A DNA stretch of 64,000 bases from Tubulanus polymorphus (lineage: Eukaryota; Animalia; Nemertea). A program made the translations under genes and the position numbers. The notes under the pieces are model-generated. The model was not told where the DNA came from. It did no database searches and saw nothing but the letters and a program-made list of their open reading frames with translations. The stretch spans positions 11,269,263 through 11,333,262 of the forward strand of contig NC_134028.1 of NCBI RefSeq assembly GCF_964204645.1, read 5' to 3'. Positions 26,712 to 39,758 of this stretch are shown here, piece after piece (the stretch's first letter is position 1; every line of letters starts with the position of its first letter).

Positions 26712-26804
26712 AGTAATTGGAAAAGTGGGCTTTCAGACCAGAGGACGAGAGGACGAGACACCTCTCATCACCACAAGTAATTTTTTTTTCTTATAAATGG
26801 GAGA
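26712..26804 (+). repeat. Polinton left TIR
   Basis: AGTAATTGGAAAAGTGGGC...TTATAAATGGGAGA is the reverse complement of 47179-47271. Confidence 0.97.
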
Positions 26805-29800
26805 GAGTGACAACACACAAAACAAATTGATGTTAATGAAAATCAATATTATTGCACATATTGTAAAAAATACGTCGATAAATCTAATAAAACACGACAT
26901 GAAAAAACTGCAAATCACATAAAAAATGTTATAGATTTTGAAACACCAGAAAATTCCAATGAAAGAAAAGAAAAATTAGAAAATATGAATGTGGATGAAA
27001 TAAAATGTGAAGTTTGTAATGAATTTATAGTAAAAAGGAATTATAAAAAACATATCAAATCACAAAAACACCATCAAAATTTAAGTAATTATATTTTAGG
27101 AATAGATTATTTCAATGATAAACCTCAAAAAGTAAAAAAACCAACTTCAAAAACTAAATCCATTTCAAATAAACGTTACATGGAAAATGTTAGAAATTAT
27201 ATCGATTCACTAGAATTAAAAGATACAATTGAAATTTTAGAAACATTACATAGTAAAATTGGTCCTGCAGCCATTATATTTAGATTTTTTAAAGGTACAA
27301 AAATAGTAGATTATAGTAAATTTAATGAAATAATGGGAAAAATACTAGATTTCATAACAGATGTTGAATATCCAAAAATTAGTATCTCTGGGAAAGTAAG
27401 TTTTTTTAAAGTCAGAAGATAAAATGGATTATGATATTCAAACAATGATTCAAACTTTACAACAGAAAAGGATATTAAAGGATCATCTTATATTAAATTA
27501 CCATTTACAACAAAAGCAGTAATAAATGTTCAAAATGAAGATAATGAAGGTTTTCTATGGTCAATTATTAGTTGCTTACACCCAACAGAAGATATTACGC
27601 ATAGATTTAGAATAACAAATTACCGGAAATATGAAACATTATATAAAATTGATCAATATCCAGTAACTATAAAGATGATTCCTAAAATAGAAAAAGTTAA
27701 TAATTTAAAAATAAATGTATTTGAATTAATGCAATTACCAAAGACAAAAGGTGAAATTATTAAAGATTATACATTAGAAGCTTTATATTTAACAGAATAT
27801 TATGATGATGAAAATGCTATAGATTTGTTATATTACAAAAAAAGATGAAAATGAACATTATATGTGGTTAAAACAAATTGATTTATTCTTTAGAACAGAA
27901 AGTGATCATCATCATAAAATTTATCTATGTAGAAAATGTTTATCTAAATTTATAACTGAGAATACATTATTAAAACATAAAGAATTATGTGATAATAAAG
28001 ATTTTTGCAAATTAATAATGCCAACAAAAAAAGATTGTAAGTTGAAATTTATCAATCATAAATTTAAAAATATTGTTCCATTTGTAATTTATGGGGATTT
28101 CGAATCGTTGAATGAAGAATTAACTGATCAAGATAGAAAAGAAATATACAATAAAAAGCAATTTTTAAAATCAATGGATAAAGGAAATGAATTAAATGAA
28201 GATATAATTCAAGATCCACCAATTATAAACACAATTAAAAAAGTTCATCAAAGAGCTGCTGCTTATGGAATTAACATAAAATGAAATTATCCTGAATTAT
28301 ATGAAAGTCAATATATTTCTTTTAGAGGTGAAGATGTAGTTAATGATTTTTGTAACAAAATAATTGAAATAGAAAGTGATTTTGCAAAATTATTAAACAA
28401 AAATAAAAGAATAGTTATGACAAAAGAAGATGAAATTGATTTTAATTATGCAACTCATTGTTGTTATTGTGAAAAACGTTTTTATTCATTTGATAAAAAA
28501 GTTAGAGATCACGATCATTTAAATTCAAAAAATCGTGGAGCTGCTCATGAAGATTGTAATTTACAAGCTAAGAAAGTTAATTTCGTACCAATATTATTTC
28601 ATAATTTATCGGGCTATGATACCCATCTATTTATAAAACAATTATCAGGAAAATTGGGCGCAATTAATCAAGAAATAGAAGAATATAATGCTATGAATGG
28701 TACAAATACAAGAAAATATGATTTTAAACTATTAGCTAAGACATCTGAAAATTACATTTCATTTCAATTTGGTTGCATTAGATTTTTAGATTCTTATAGA
28801 TTTTTAGCAAGTTCATTATATAATTTAGCAAAAAGTTTAGTTGATAATGATTTTGTAATAACTCGACATTATTACCCAAATGAACAAGATTTTAAATTAG
28901 TGAGATATAAAGGCGCAATTCCTTATTCATTTTATAAAACACATGGTGATTTTAATGTAACAGAATTATTAAAAGAACAACTTTATGATCAATTAAAAGA
29001 GGAGTATGTGAAAGATGAAGTTTTTAATAGAACATTAAATATTTGGGACCATTTTAAGATAGAAAATCATGGTGAATTAGTTGATCTTTACTTGAAATCA
29101 AATGTTATGATATTGGCTGATATATTTGAAAAATTTAGAGAAGTTAATTTAAATTATTTTAATGTTGATCCCTGTTATTGTTATTCAAGTCCTGGTTTAA
29201 CTTGGCAATGTGGTTTAAAATATACTAACGTAGAATTAGATTTATTAAAAGAACCAGACATGGTTTTATTATTTGAAAAATCAATTAGAGGTGGAATTAG
29301 TGGTGATGGGAGATAGGTATTTTAAAGCAAATGATGAATGTAAATTATTATGTATTGACGCCAATAATTTATATGGTTGGGCAATGATGCAACTTCAACC
29401 ATACAAAATTTTTATATTAACAGAAGTTGAAAATGATGATAAAACTGATTGGGAAAGCGCAATTATGAGTTTAAAAGATGAGGCACCAATTGGTTATTTC
29501 TTTGTTGTTGATTTAGAATATCCTGATAACATAAAGTTTAAAACAAGAATCTTACCTTATTGCCCAGAACATTTAACCGTAGATGATAGTTATTTAAGTG
29601 AATACCAGAAGAAAATAAAACCGAAAGATCATGTTTTTACAGAAAAATTGATATTAACACAAAATAATAAATATAATTATATTGTTCATTATAGAATGTT
29701 AAAATTTTATCTAAAACAAGGAATGAAATTAAAGAAAGTACGTAGATATAATGAATTTGATCAATCGAAGTGGTTAGAAAAATATATAGATTTTAATACA

Positions 29801-31121
29801 CAACAGAGAACCATATCAAAAACAGATTTTGAAAAAGATTTCTTCAAATTAATGAATAATAGTTTTTATGGTAAAACATGTGAAATATTAGAAATAGAAA
29901 TGATATTGAATTAGTAAATAATTCTGAACGATTAAGACATTTATAATCAAGCCCTTGAAATTTAGGAAATAAAAGATTCGAAGATTATTTAACAGCAGTA
30001 AAATTAAAAAGAACGTCAATGAAATTTAATAAACCTATATTCATTGGTTCAACTGTTTTAGAAGTATCAAAATTATTAATGTATGATTTTTATTATAATG
30101 TTTTACAACCACTTTTTGGGGAAAAGCATATTGAAATATTATATTTTGATTCTGTAACAGCTGACACCCCAATATTATTAAAATACAATAACCAAATATT
30201 AATTAGAAGAATTTCAGAAATAATTCCAAAAAAAAATGAACTTTATATTTCATATGGTGAAAAAGAATTAATACAAATAAATGGATTAATGGATGTTTGG
30301 ACAAGAAATGGATGGAAAAAATTAAAGAATATAAATAGACATAAAACAAATAAGAAAATCTATAGAGTTAGAACTAAATTAGGGTTTGTAGATGTTACAG
30401 AAGATCATAGTTTAATAAAACGAAATGGTAATGAAATAGAACCAACTGATATAAAAATTGGAGATGAATTATTACATAAAAGATTTTTCCAAAGAATGAA
30501 TCATATGTCATTTGATGAAATAATTGATAATATTTATAATATAGAACGTGAATCATTAGAAGAAAAAGAATATTTTATCAAAGGATTCTTTATGGGTGAT
30601 GGTTCAGCAGGTGTGTATAATTATGTTTGGGGTAATAAATAGTGTTGGTATTTGCGCAATCAAGATTTGAAATTATTAGAAAGAATAATGAAATACTGTG
30701 AAGAAGTTTTATTCACATAAAACATTTTGAATCATGGATGTTATGAAATCATCAGCAGTTTATAGAATACTCGTTAATAACCCTAAAGATTTTGCTATAA
30801 AATATAATGACGAATTCTATATTCAAGCAATAGTGAAAAGTAATACTTCAACCAAAGAAAAGATAGTGCCAGATTATGTATTAAATGCAGAATATAATCT
30901 TAGAAAATGGTTCTTCATTGGATTCTACGCAGCAGATGGTGCTAAAAAATTTACGAGTTCTCCAGCAATAACATTTGCACAAAAAGGTAAAGTTGGTATT
31001 TCAGGATTGAATCTATTATGTAATTCATTAGGGGCGAACTCTTTTATCGCGACCGAAACCTCCATTCGAACTCCCCGGTGAAAAGTAAAATAGAATGCGA
31101 TCGGAGGAAGTGTGGAGACCC

Positions 31122-32528
31122 ATGATGGCGACGGCGGGTGACAGTTTAACGCTGGCTTTGCCACTCTGATCAGAGTTATTTGATAACGACGATCTAGAGT
31201 CCTATCACTATCACAACGTCGAAGAAGAGAAACTTAAATATCAAGTTGTACTATGCTCGACTCAGTAAGTATCTTAAACACGCACAAGCCATGAGGTTTA
31301 CTTTCTTTTCAATTCAATTAATATGATTTTATTTCGTTTGTCTTAGACTTAATTTTGTTAATAATTAAGTTGCATATGACCTGCATGATAGGAGCTAGGG
31401 GGCATAAATATGTTAAAAGCCACTAAAAGTTAATGTCAGTCTTGTCTGGTGTTCAACATCTACAACTTCCGTGAAAAGTTCTATCATTTTTTATTTTTCA
31501 GGCTGCGGTCAGACAGGATAAAAATAAACATGTACACAGAAAATATAGCAAGTGAATACTTGGACGAAGATTTCAAACGTTTATTCAGATTATCTCGAGG
31601 CACATATGCAACTCTGAGTAATCTACTCGAACCATTACCAGAGATGCAAACTGCAGTAATAAACAGAGGTCGACAGGCAGTTAACGCAGAAAAAAAGATC
31701 CTTGCCACTTTGTGGTATCTAGGTACATTGGACACAATTAGACAAATCTCAGACAGGTTCGATGTTTCTGAATCGTGTGTTCTAAAGTGTATTACAACGG
31801 TATTATCTGCTATAACTAATGGACTTACAAAAAAGATAATTAAATGGCCATCAGTTGAAGAGCAGGAAGAGATTTCTGATGGATTTTACCAACGTAATGG
31901 TTTTCCTGGAATTATTGGGGCAATTGATTGCACACACGTTGAAATTAAAGCTCCTCGCAGGCCAGATAAACAAGTGTTTGTGAACCGGAAATCATATCAT
32001 TCCATGAATGTTCAGGCAGTGTGTAAAGACGACATGCGCTTCACCCATATTTATGTCGGCTGGCCGGGAAGCGTGAATGATTCGAGAATATTAAAAAACA
32101 GTGACTTGTAGAATAATTTCGGTTTATTTGGTGACAAACATATTCTGGGCGATGGAGGTTATCCCTGTCGCAGATGGTTAGTGAGGCCATATCGTAACGA
32201 TGGCAATATGACTCGAGCTCGTAGACGATTTAATTACTTGTTGTCCAGTAATAGAGCAGTCATAGAAAGAGCGTTTGGTAGAGTTAAAGGTCGATTTAGG
32301 CGTCTCCATTATGTCAATGTCCATTCCATTAAAAAAATTATTATTATCATCACCTCTGCATTTGTCTTGCATAATATCTGTTCAATGTCAGATGAAGATG
32401 ATCTTGAAGATTTACATGACGTTGTTGACGATGGCCTGGAGGCAAATAATGGTGCCGAGATCATAGGTGCTGATCATGAAGGAGAACAGTATAGAAACGA
32501 TTTAAGATTGCAATTGGTTGGAGAGTAG
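31122..32528 (+). pseudogene. Harbinger (HARBI1-like) DDE transposase
   Basis: FRLSR, GAIDCTH, NRKSYHS, GWPGSVNDSRI, GDGGY, IERAFG; in-frame TAG at 32109; inferred intron 31265 (GTAAGT) to 31501 (TTTCAG). Confidence 0.9.
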
Positions 32529-33617
32529 TATATCTTCTACCTTGCATACAAAGTTTTAATGCATTTGTAACACTTAAGTCATTAAATTAGTATTCAAGTC
32601 ATTTCTTTTTGTCCAATTCAATTATTTGCACACAGGTGACACAGAAGTTTGGTTTAGAGACTGAGGATGTTTGATGTATCAACTTTTATCAAAATGCGGC
32701 CTCGACTCCCTGCCCCATTAGAATTTCACCAATTTTAGACTGCCTTAATAGCCACAATAACAACAATTGTTTTCATTATAATATACGAGGAGTTTAAAGC
32801 AATCAATTTCGAATTTATCATAACAGTGCATGCCTGGCTTCATGTGCAAAGTATACTATGCGTTGGATTTTTGTGGCTATTAAAATTTCTGCCAAAAGTT
32901 TATCATTCAAACTTCTCGGTTAACCCCCTTACACTGGATGCTGACCAGGGCCCCTAACTCCTTCCAAACCAAAAATGTTTTTCAAGGTCCTTGGATTTTG
33001 AAAATTTTAAGGTTTAAGGCCTAGTTGTTATACACACAGATTCTACTGAATTAAATGGTTTACCTGGATAAACAGTACTGATTTAGGAGTCTTAAATTGT
33101 GATATGAAAGTGATGTATACACTCCTCGAAAAGTCCTTGAATTCTGGAATGACTGATCCGTAGGAACCCTGCTGATTGGAAACTGTTTCTCTGTTCCATA
33201 CCGCCCACAATTTTACTAAAGAGAATGCCATGAAAGGTATTACAGCAAAGGAACAAAATGTTATTATAAACGTAAAATAAAATTTTTATTATGGAAATCC
33301 TCCATCATAAAATTATAAAAATATAAATGATAATATAATTTCCCCATTTTATCACGTAACCAAAATTTCCCTCATTTTTAGAACCGCTCCCCTTACCGCA
33401 AATTCAAACAGTATGTAATAGGATTGTGAAATGATATAGTACGAGATATACCGTAGCATAAGTCATTTACAAATATTTTCAATCAAATTAGTGAAAACTG
33501 TAATGTACAACTGAAAAAAAACTTGAGGTAGTCAGACTTATGCGTACCTTTTATCATAAAACAGCATTTAAAATACTGTATTGAACAAGCTGGATCTTTA
33601 CTTTTTTGAAATAGCAC

Positions 33618-34292
33618 TTACAAAATCTTTGAACAAAGACATTTTTCATTATGCATTTGCATGGCCATGTCCTTGTCTATTTTACGTCGTTCCTCAGCTC
33701 TTTCTTCCATGGCCCCCAAATATTCAATTACTGTTGAAGCTGCTGATTTTTTTGTTCTACATTTATCCGATGGAGAGATTTCATCAAGCTTTCGTTTTTT
33801 AACAATAGGTGATAATTCACTATCATCATCAGTAGATGAATCATGAAGAGGATTACTATCTCTACTACTGAAAGTAACTGGTTTTATATTTGCCGATTTT
33901 ACACCAAGAGCGTCATCCAGCTCATTTTCATACACATAATCTTTGACATAGCCTGAACCCGATTTATTTTTTGCATCTTTTACATTTTTAAACCCTGTAT
34001 TTATAGTTCTCCATCTACCCCTTATTTGCTCAGCACTAAAATCAAAATCATCATTCTGCATTTCTTTTGCGATCTTCATCCACAACATGGACTTACGCAT
34101 CTTCCCTTCATTTACTTTATCAATATTTTTGCGATACAAATCGATCAACTTGAGGGTTGACTGTTTGGTCCATTTTCCACTTGCAGTACCAGCCTCGTCC
34201 ACTATTACACTCCGAGTTTCGGAAACAGTTAGATTTTCAATTGACCCTGAAAAAAAACCTAGTCTAATAACTTTGGAAGAATAAACCATCAC
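33618..34292 (-). CDS. Harbinger Myb/SANT-like DNA-binding protein (last exon)
   Basis: WTKQSTLKLIDLY..LWMKIAKEM..QIRGRWRTI trihelix tryptophans; upstream exons not resolved. Confidence 0.85.
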   Translation of the reverse strand: MMVYSSKVIRLGFFSGSIENLTVSETRSVIVDEAGTASGKWTKQSTLKLIDLYRKNIDKVNEGKMRKSMLWMKIAKEMQNDDFDFSAEQIRGRWRTINTGFKNVKDAKNKSGSGYVKDYVYENELDDALGVKSANIKPVTFSSRDSNPLHDSSTDDDSELSPIVKKRKLDEISPSDKCRTKKSAASTVIEYLGAMEERAEERRKIDKDMAMQMHNEKCLCSKIL

Positions 34293-35295
34293 ATGTTTTT
34301 AAATAATTTGCAACCAAATCCTTTCCAAATTTTAAAAAAATAATGTTTTGTTGATTTTCTGCAGTATTGCAATGTCAATGCTTCTTGACTTCCTTATTGC
34401 CAACTGCCAAATGAATCTACTAAAATATTAAATTTGGCCACGATGCCCCTGAAATATATGTTTAATATGCAGTTAGATAGAAAACATTCGAATATGATGC
34501 ATATGTACATACCTGAAGTTGATGCTTCTTTATATTCAATATGAAATGCTACACCGGCATCTTGCGTTTCTCCTATAATTTAATCAAGGCGACAAATTTA
34601 AAACTGGAATTTTGACACGTACAACTTACAAAACCGTTCAAAAAGTGAAAACGGGCCTATAGCCAATGTAGAGTGATTCTTTAAAAATATGCATACCGGT
34701 GCCACCCTGTGCACGTGCGCACAAAACGTATCATAATTTCGTAGCAGAGTTTTCAGAATACATGTATCTAAAAATATTACATAAACAAGAAATCAACATG
34801 TACTGAGTGGAAGTATTACGAGATAATGAAGATTAGAGTTAACTACAAAACTCCATGAATTAAAAGTCATCTAAATATTTAAATCATTAGTTGAAAAAGG
34901 CAAGTCATGAATTAACATAAATTACCATATTCATTGTGGCACAGTCGACTAATTATGAAAAGTTACACTAAACACAAGTAACACTACGACACTGAATTGA
35001 TTCTGCATTCATTCTAATGAGGTTCAGTATGCCGCCACAGCTTATGCCTTACCTCTTTGATGAATTATTCTATTATAGATATCATTTTCGACGACAAGTG
35101 TTATCGTCTGGCCATTCCTCTCAATCGTTAAGGCTTTTGTTGAACCAAGGTTGTCCTGGCCAGAAGGTGCTCTGTAAATATAAATTAATCCTACAAAATT
35201 AATTTAATTTTTTAAGCTACTCTAAAAAAAATTAAACCTTCGGCCTATAGATACATAACCCTATTTTTTCCAATTGCCATGTTATAAAGAAGCAA

Positions 35296-35513
35296 GGTAA
35301 AAGTGCAGATCCGCACCTCTCGTGATCGACGCAATCTACTGAATGACTGAATCCAGGCTAAAATCTTTCTAATGATGATATCTTAAAATTTACCAATGGC
35401 AATGTACTGAATTGAATTGCTGATGTCTGATGACATTTTGAATCTGAAACAATGATATCTAATGTAATTGATTGAACCGTTTATGCGAAGAGGTGTGGAT
35501 CTGCACTTTTACC
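35296..35513. mobile_element. Merlin-like MITE inside Harbinger 1
   Basis: TIR GGTAAAAGTGCAGATCCrCACCTCT; 8-bp TSD AGAAGCAA at 35288-35295 and 35514-35521. Confidence 0.8.
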
Positions 35514-36578
35514 AGAAGCAACTTAGGCCTGCCCTTAGGAGGTTAAGTGATCTGCAAATGGAATACTGCTACTTTTTAATGAATAAAATTGCATTGGATT
35601 GAATTTGTTTGATTACAGGCTAAGTTGAAAACACGTCGCCGATGGACGGATGAGGCGCATATATTATTGCGCGTCGGATGTCTATGATCAATAGAATGCA
35701 AACCTGGATAACAATATACAAATATGTCTTTTCCAACAAGAAAATAGAGAGGATAGGTAGAAAATAATAGGATTCATACCGCACTGTCACACGTTCGGTC
35801 GCCATGTTGGCTCCACACAAAATCCGAATCACACCACCTCGACAGAAAGGAGGTTTCGGAGACTCCAAAAAGTCACGTGACCAATAAAAGAGTACGATTG
35901 GAGGCAAACGGATTCTCCGATCTGATAAAAGAGTTCGCCCTAGGTTTTAATATGAATATTGGATTGATTAAATCTATGCCAAATTGTTTTAATCTAAGGC
36001 ATACAGAAAAAGAAATAACTGAAGAAGTTAAAGATTTATTTGAAACATCTAACCCATCAGATTATGTTTATGATTTATCAACTGAAGATGGCACATTTAC
36101 CTGTGGATTTCCATTAATAGCGGCCAATACTGATGCGTACATACTAAAAATCAAGACAAATGACATAACAAAAGACTTAAAAACATTAAAACATCATTTT
36201 GATTCTAGCAATTATCCCAAAGATCATGAACTATTTAGCAATGATAATAAAGATTCTTGGTAAGTTTAAAGATGAATTAGGGGGTGATGAAATGATTGAA
36301 TTTGTTGGGATAAGAAGTAAAATGTATAGTTATAGAACAAAAGATCATGAAGCTAAAAAGTTAAAAGGAATAACAAAACATGTGGTTGATAAACATATAG
36401 AGTTTCAAGATTGTACTAAGTGTTTATATAACTCAATTGTAATGAAACATAAAATGAATTGTTTAAGATCAGAAGATCACGAGATGTACATTAATGAAGT
36501 TGAAAGAACTAGTTTGAATCCATTTGATGATAAAAGATATATTTTGGCCGATGGAATAAAAACATTACCTTATGGTTA

Positions 36579-37451
36579 TTAAAACATAAAATCAAGATCA
36601 TCATACTCGAAATCGCTACTGGTTTCTTCATTTTTATTTAATTGTTTAGGTTCTTCCATTTCATTTTTCTCATTTAAATAAAGTTCTATATTGTACCACA
36701 TTTCATCTCGCTTTCTTTGTTTCTTTTTGTTCGTTAATTCATCAAATGGAATTATAATATCGATGTTTAAAAAATTTACAATCTTATTTAAAAAGAATTC
36801 ATAATTAATTGAATCTGTTATTCTATTATCCACATAATATCTTAATATTTTTTTTGAATGTTTCTTTTATATTTTCCATATCTTGTTCTGTTAATTTAGG
36901 TTTTTTATAATAATCGTTGAATAATAGATATAAATACATTTTCTTTTCTTGTGTGTTAAATGTTGATGGAATAATTGTTTTATAATATCTTTTTTAGTTA
37001 TTTCACCATTTTTATTTTCTATCATTTTCATTTTGTCAAGCCATTGCTTATATTCTGGTGTATGATCTTCCATAGAAAATATCTCAAATATTTCATTTAG
37101 ATTTTTTAATTTTGGTTCTATAAGAATATCTCTAGTTTTTTCATCACCCCATAAATTCCTTTGCCATCCACATTCATTACAAAACATCACAGAATTTTCT
37201 TGTCTTAAGTACTCATAAATACATTGTGGGCATTTTTTTCTATCATAGCTTGGTAATAGATCTTCATTAAGTTCTTGGTATTTACTTACGTTTTCTTTAT
37301 GTTTTTTTGTTCTATTAAGTAGATTTAAATTACTTGTTGTAATAACCAATTTACAATATTTACAATATGTTTTTCTTACTAATTCATTATATTGTTTTTC
37401 TAACTTTTCAAGTGTTTCTTCATTATCTGGTAACGTTTTCTCATATTTCAT
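36579..37451 (-). pseudogene. Polinton accessory Zn-binding protein (two ORF pieces, possibly one gene)
   Basis: YCKYC, CPQC..CNECG; convergent with pPolB. Confidence 0.5.
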
Positions 37452-37459
37452 TTTTTCTA

Positions 37460-37890
37460 ATATTTTATTTTTTCTTTCATTGAATTCTGTTTCAAATTTA
37501 TTAGAAATTTTATCTATATGTGCTTTACGAAATTGATGATTCTCCCAATCTTCTATATTTTCAGGGCTATATTTTATTCGACAATGCTCACAGAAATGAT
37601 CTTTTACATTATTCTTATCATAGAATAAGAAAGGTCTTTTCCAAATAATTTCAGGTTCAGTTTCAACAGAATTACTATTACTTTCGTTACTATCAACATT
37701 AACCGTTGTGTCTTTAATTTTACACTTCTCTGAATGTTTTTTAACATAATTTCTTGAGAATAATTTATTACAATTTGGGCAGTTTATTTTAGGGGGTTTA
37801 TAATTTTCATCATGTTTTTTTCATATGTCGAGCCATATTACTTTTTCTTAGAAGTTCACCACAAATTTCACATGGTATCTTCTCATCCAT
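37460..37890 (-). pseudogene. Polinton C2H2 zinc-finger protein, frameshifted
   Basis: TAAATG start; MDEKIPCEICGELLRKSNMARHM, then CPNCNK and CEHC in other frames. Confidence 0.55.
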
Positions 37891-37959
37891 TTATTTAGGA
37901 AAAATTTTATCAAAATTAATTTTTAGTGATGAGAGGTAATTTTTTTATGTTATAAATAA

Positions 37960-38715
37960 ATGGTAGAATTAAAAGAATACTGAATATTTGTTGATTCTAG
38001 AAGACTTACAAATTATAAATCACATTATTTACTAGTACAATTAGATAGAGAATTTAAGAATTGTGTTGATTTAAAATTAATAAATGTAAGTTTATGTAAT
38101 TCTTTTTATAATATATCGGATAAAACCTTTGAACATAGAGGGTTTATGATTTATATGAGAAATAAATATAAATGGTTTCATCTATTTTTAAAACCAGGAT
38201 TATATAATTTAGAATCATTAGCGCAGGAAATTAATAGAAGAGCTCGGTTGAAAATCGGGGGCACTTCTGTATTTGAAATTAAATTTAATAAAATTGATAG
38301 TACTAATAAAATAAGAATAAAGATATCTAATGAACAGCATAAATTCATGGTAAACAAACCAATGGCTAAAATGTTAGGAATTAAACCGCTTACAGTTACT
38401 GGAAACGCAGAAGGAATCTCAAATATAATACCTTTTACACACTTTTATATTTATTGCAATTTAATCGATCCTACAAAAACTTTCGAAGCTACTAAAGAAA
38501 CAATTTGTAGTTCTAGTATATTAACTATTTTACGGCTAAAAAATGTTAAACAATTTGGAACTCAAATAAATTATAATTTAACAGAATGTGATTTTAAACC
38601 TTGTATTCCTCAATTTAATAATTTTAGATTAGAAGTAAGAAATCATAATGGATATTTAATTGATTTGAATAACTTTCCTATAATTTATGAATTAATTATA
38701 AGATGTAGAGAGTAA
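37960..38715 (+). pseudogene. Minor capsid protein (penton) candidate
   Basis: One TGA at codon 8; IFVDS..NSFYNI at the N-terminus, FYIYCNLID..FRLEVRNHNGYLIDLNNFPIIYELII at the C-terminus, the pattern of Polinton pentons. Confidence 0.7.
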
Positions 38716-38731
38716 TTTTTTCACTATATAA

Positions 38732-39292
38732 ATGAATATAACTGTTGGAGCGAGTATATGTTTTGGATTCGATTTTAAATATGAGAAAGAAATGAAATTT
38801 AACAGTACTGATGTAATTACGCGTATTAAAAATATTGCATTTTCTAATGAAACAACATTTGAGTATGAAAAAACAATAGATAAAGAAACTTTAAATGTAG
38901 AAAAGATTGTTAACGCTTTAGCATTTACTGGTGGTGGTTATTTATTTAAGCATATTGATAAGAATGGTTCATTATCAGAACAAAAAAGACATAATTTAGC
39001 ATTAGAGAAATACAATAAAGCAGCAGAAGAATATAGAGAAAAGTGGCAAAACTATATGGATTATATTAACAAGGAATTATATGATCAGAAAATTTCATAT
39101 AGAGATTTTCAATCAGTTGATGATGCAATGAGTTTATATAACGCAGTAACAAATAAAGAAAAATTACATCTATACAAACCTAAATTATCAGATTATTATA
39201 CCCCAAGTAAAGAAGAACAGAAATATGAAATAATTTGGATTTTAGGCGGAACAGTTATTGTTATATTTGTAGCATATAAATTTACTAATTAG
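38732..39292 (+). CDS. Polinton protein of unknown function with C-terminal TM helix
   Basis: ALAFTGGGYLF..EQKRHNLALE; hydrophobic tail; TAAATG start. Confidence 0.7.
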   Translation: MNITVGASICFGFDFKYEKEMKFNSTDVITRIKNIAFSNETTFEYEKTIDKETLNVEKIVNALAFTGGGYLFKHIDKNGSLSEQKRHNLALEKYNKAAEEYREKWQNYMDYINKELYDQKISYRDFQSVDDAMSLYNAVTNKEKLHLYKPKLSDYYTPSKEEQKYEIIWILGGTVIVIFVAYKFTN

Positions 39293-39311
39293 TAATTTTT
39301 TTGCTAAATAA

Positions 39312-39742
39312 ATGGATGATAAAGTTGATAATATTGATATTATTCCTCATGATATAAATAAAACTAAATTAAAAATAAATTTAGAAAAACAAATATTAGA
39401 ATTTGAAAGTGACTTAAAAATAAAAAAGAAATATTTAAAAAGTAAAATTGTATATTTTTTATTATCAGTGGTTCAGTTACAATTAGTTCTGTAATAACAT
39501 TTCTAGCAAAATTCAGTCCATTACCACCTTTAGCTATATCAATTGGTGTGTAAGGTTTAAGTTCAAGTGTTAGAACTGGCATAAGTTCAAAATTAAATAT
39601 AAAAAGTAATAAAGAAAAAATTAAAACTAATATAAAAGAAATTAATAAATTAAAAAACACACTAGATTATATAATAAGTTTAAACGGTAACATAACAGTT
39701 GAAGAACAAGATAAGTTATTAAAAGAATTAATAAATTATTAA
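39312..39742 (+). pseudogene. Small protein with hydrophobic hairpin and coiled coil
   Basis: TAAATG start; frameshift near 39460; SGSVTISSVITFLAKFSPLPPLAISIGV followed by K/E-rich helix. Confidence 0.5.
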
Positions 39743-39758
39743 TTTTTTTATTATATAA

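Larger units (their letters stand above)
31032..35940 (+). mobile_element. PIF/Harbinger transposon 1, complete
   Basis: TIR GGGCGAACTCTTTTATC / GATAAAAGAGTTCGCCC; 3-bp TSD TAG; convergent transposase and Myb/SANT genes; removal restores the frame LCNSLG-FNMNIG. Confidence 0.95.
30151..36128 (+). other. Intein with LAGLIDADG homing endonuclease in pPolB (split by Harbinger)
   Basis: YFD|SVTADTPILL (block A); VTEDHSL (B); FIKGFFMGDGS and FFIGFYAADGA (C, E); YVYDLSTEDGTF (F); LIAAN|TD (G, +1 Thr). About 1066 nt without the transposon; one stop and one frameshift. Confidence 0.93.
26797..36582 (+). pseudogene. Protein-primed DNA polymerase B (pPolB), intein-containing, multiply frameshifted
   Basis: N-terminal Zn fingers; VIYGDFES (ExoI); RDHDH..GAAHEDCN (EndoVII/HNH insert); FHNLSGYD; FLDSYRF; IDANNLYGWAM; KLMNNSFYGKT; YFD/TD; RSKMY; KLKGI; FDDKRY. 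Confidence 0.95.

Noticed and set aside
30734-31081. Free-standing homing endonuclease gene
   Set aside because: It is the middle of the intein; its last 16 residues are read-through into the Harbinger end.
35877-36263. Independent 128-aa gene
   Set aside because: Chimeric ORF: Harbinger right end + intein C-terminus + pPolB.
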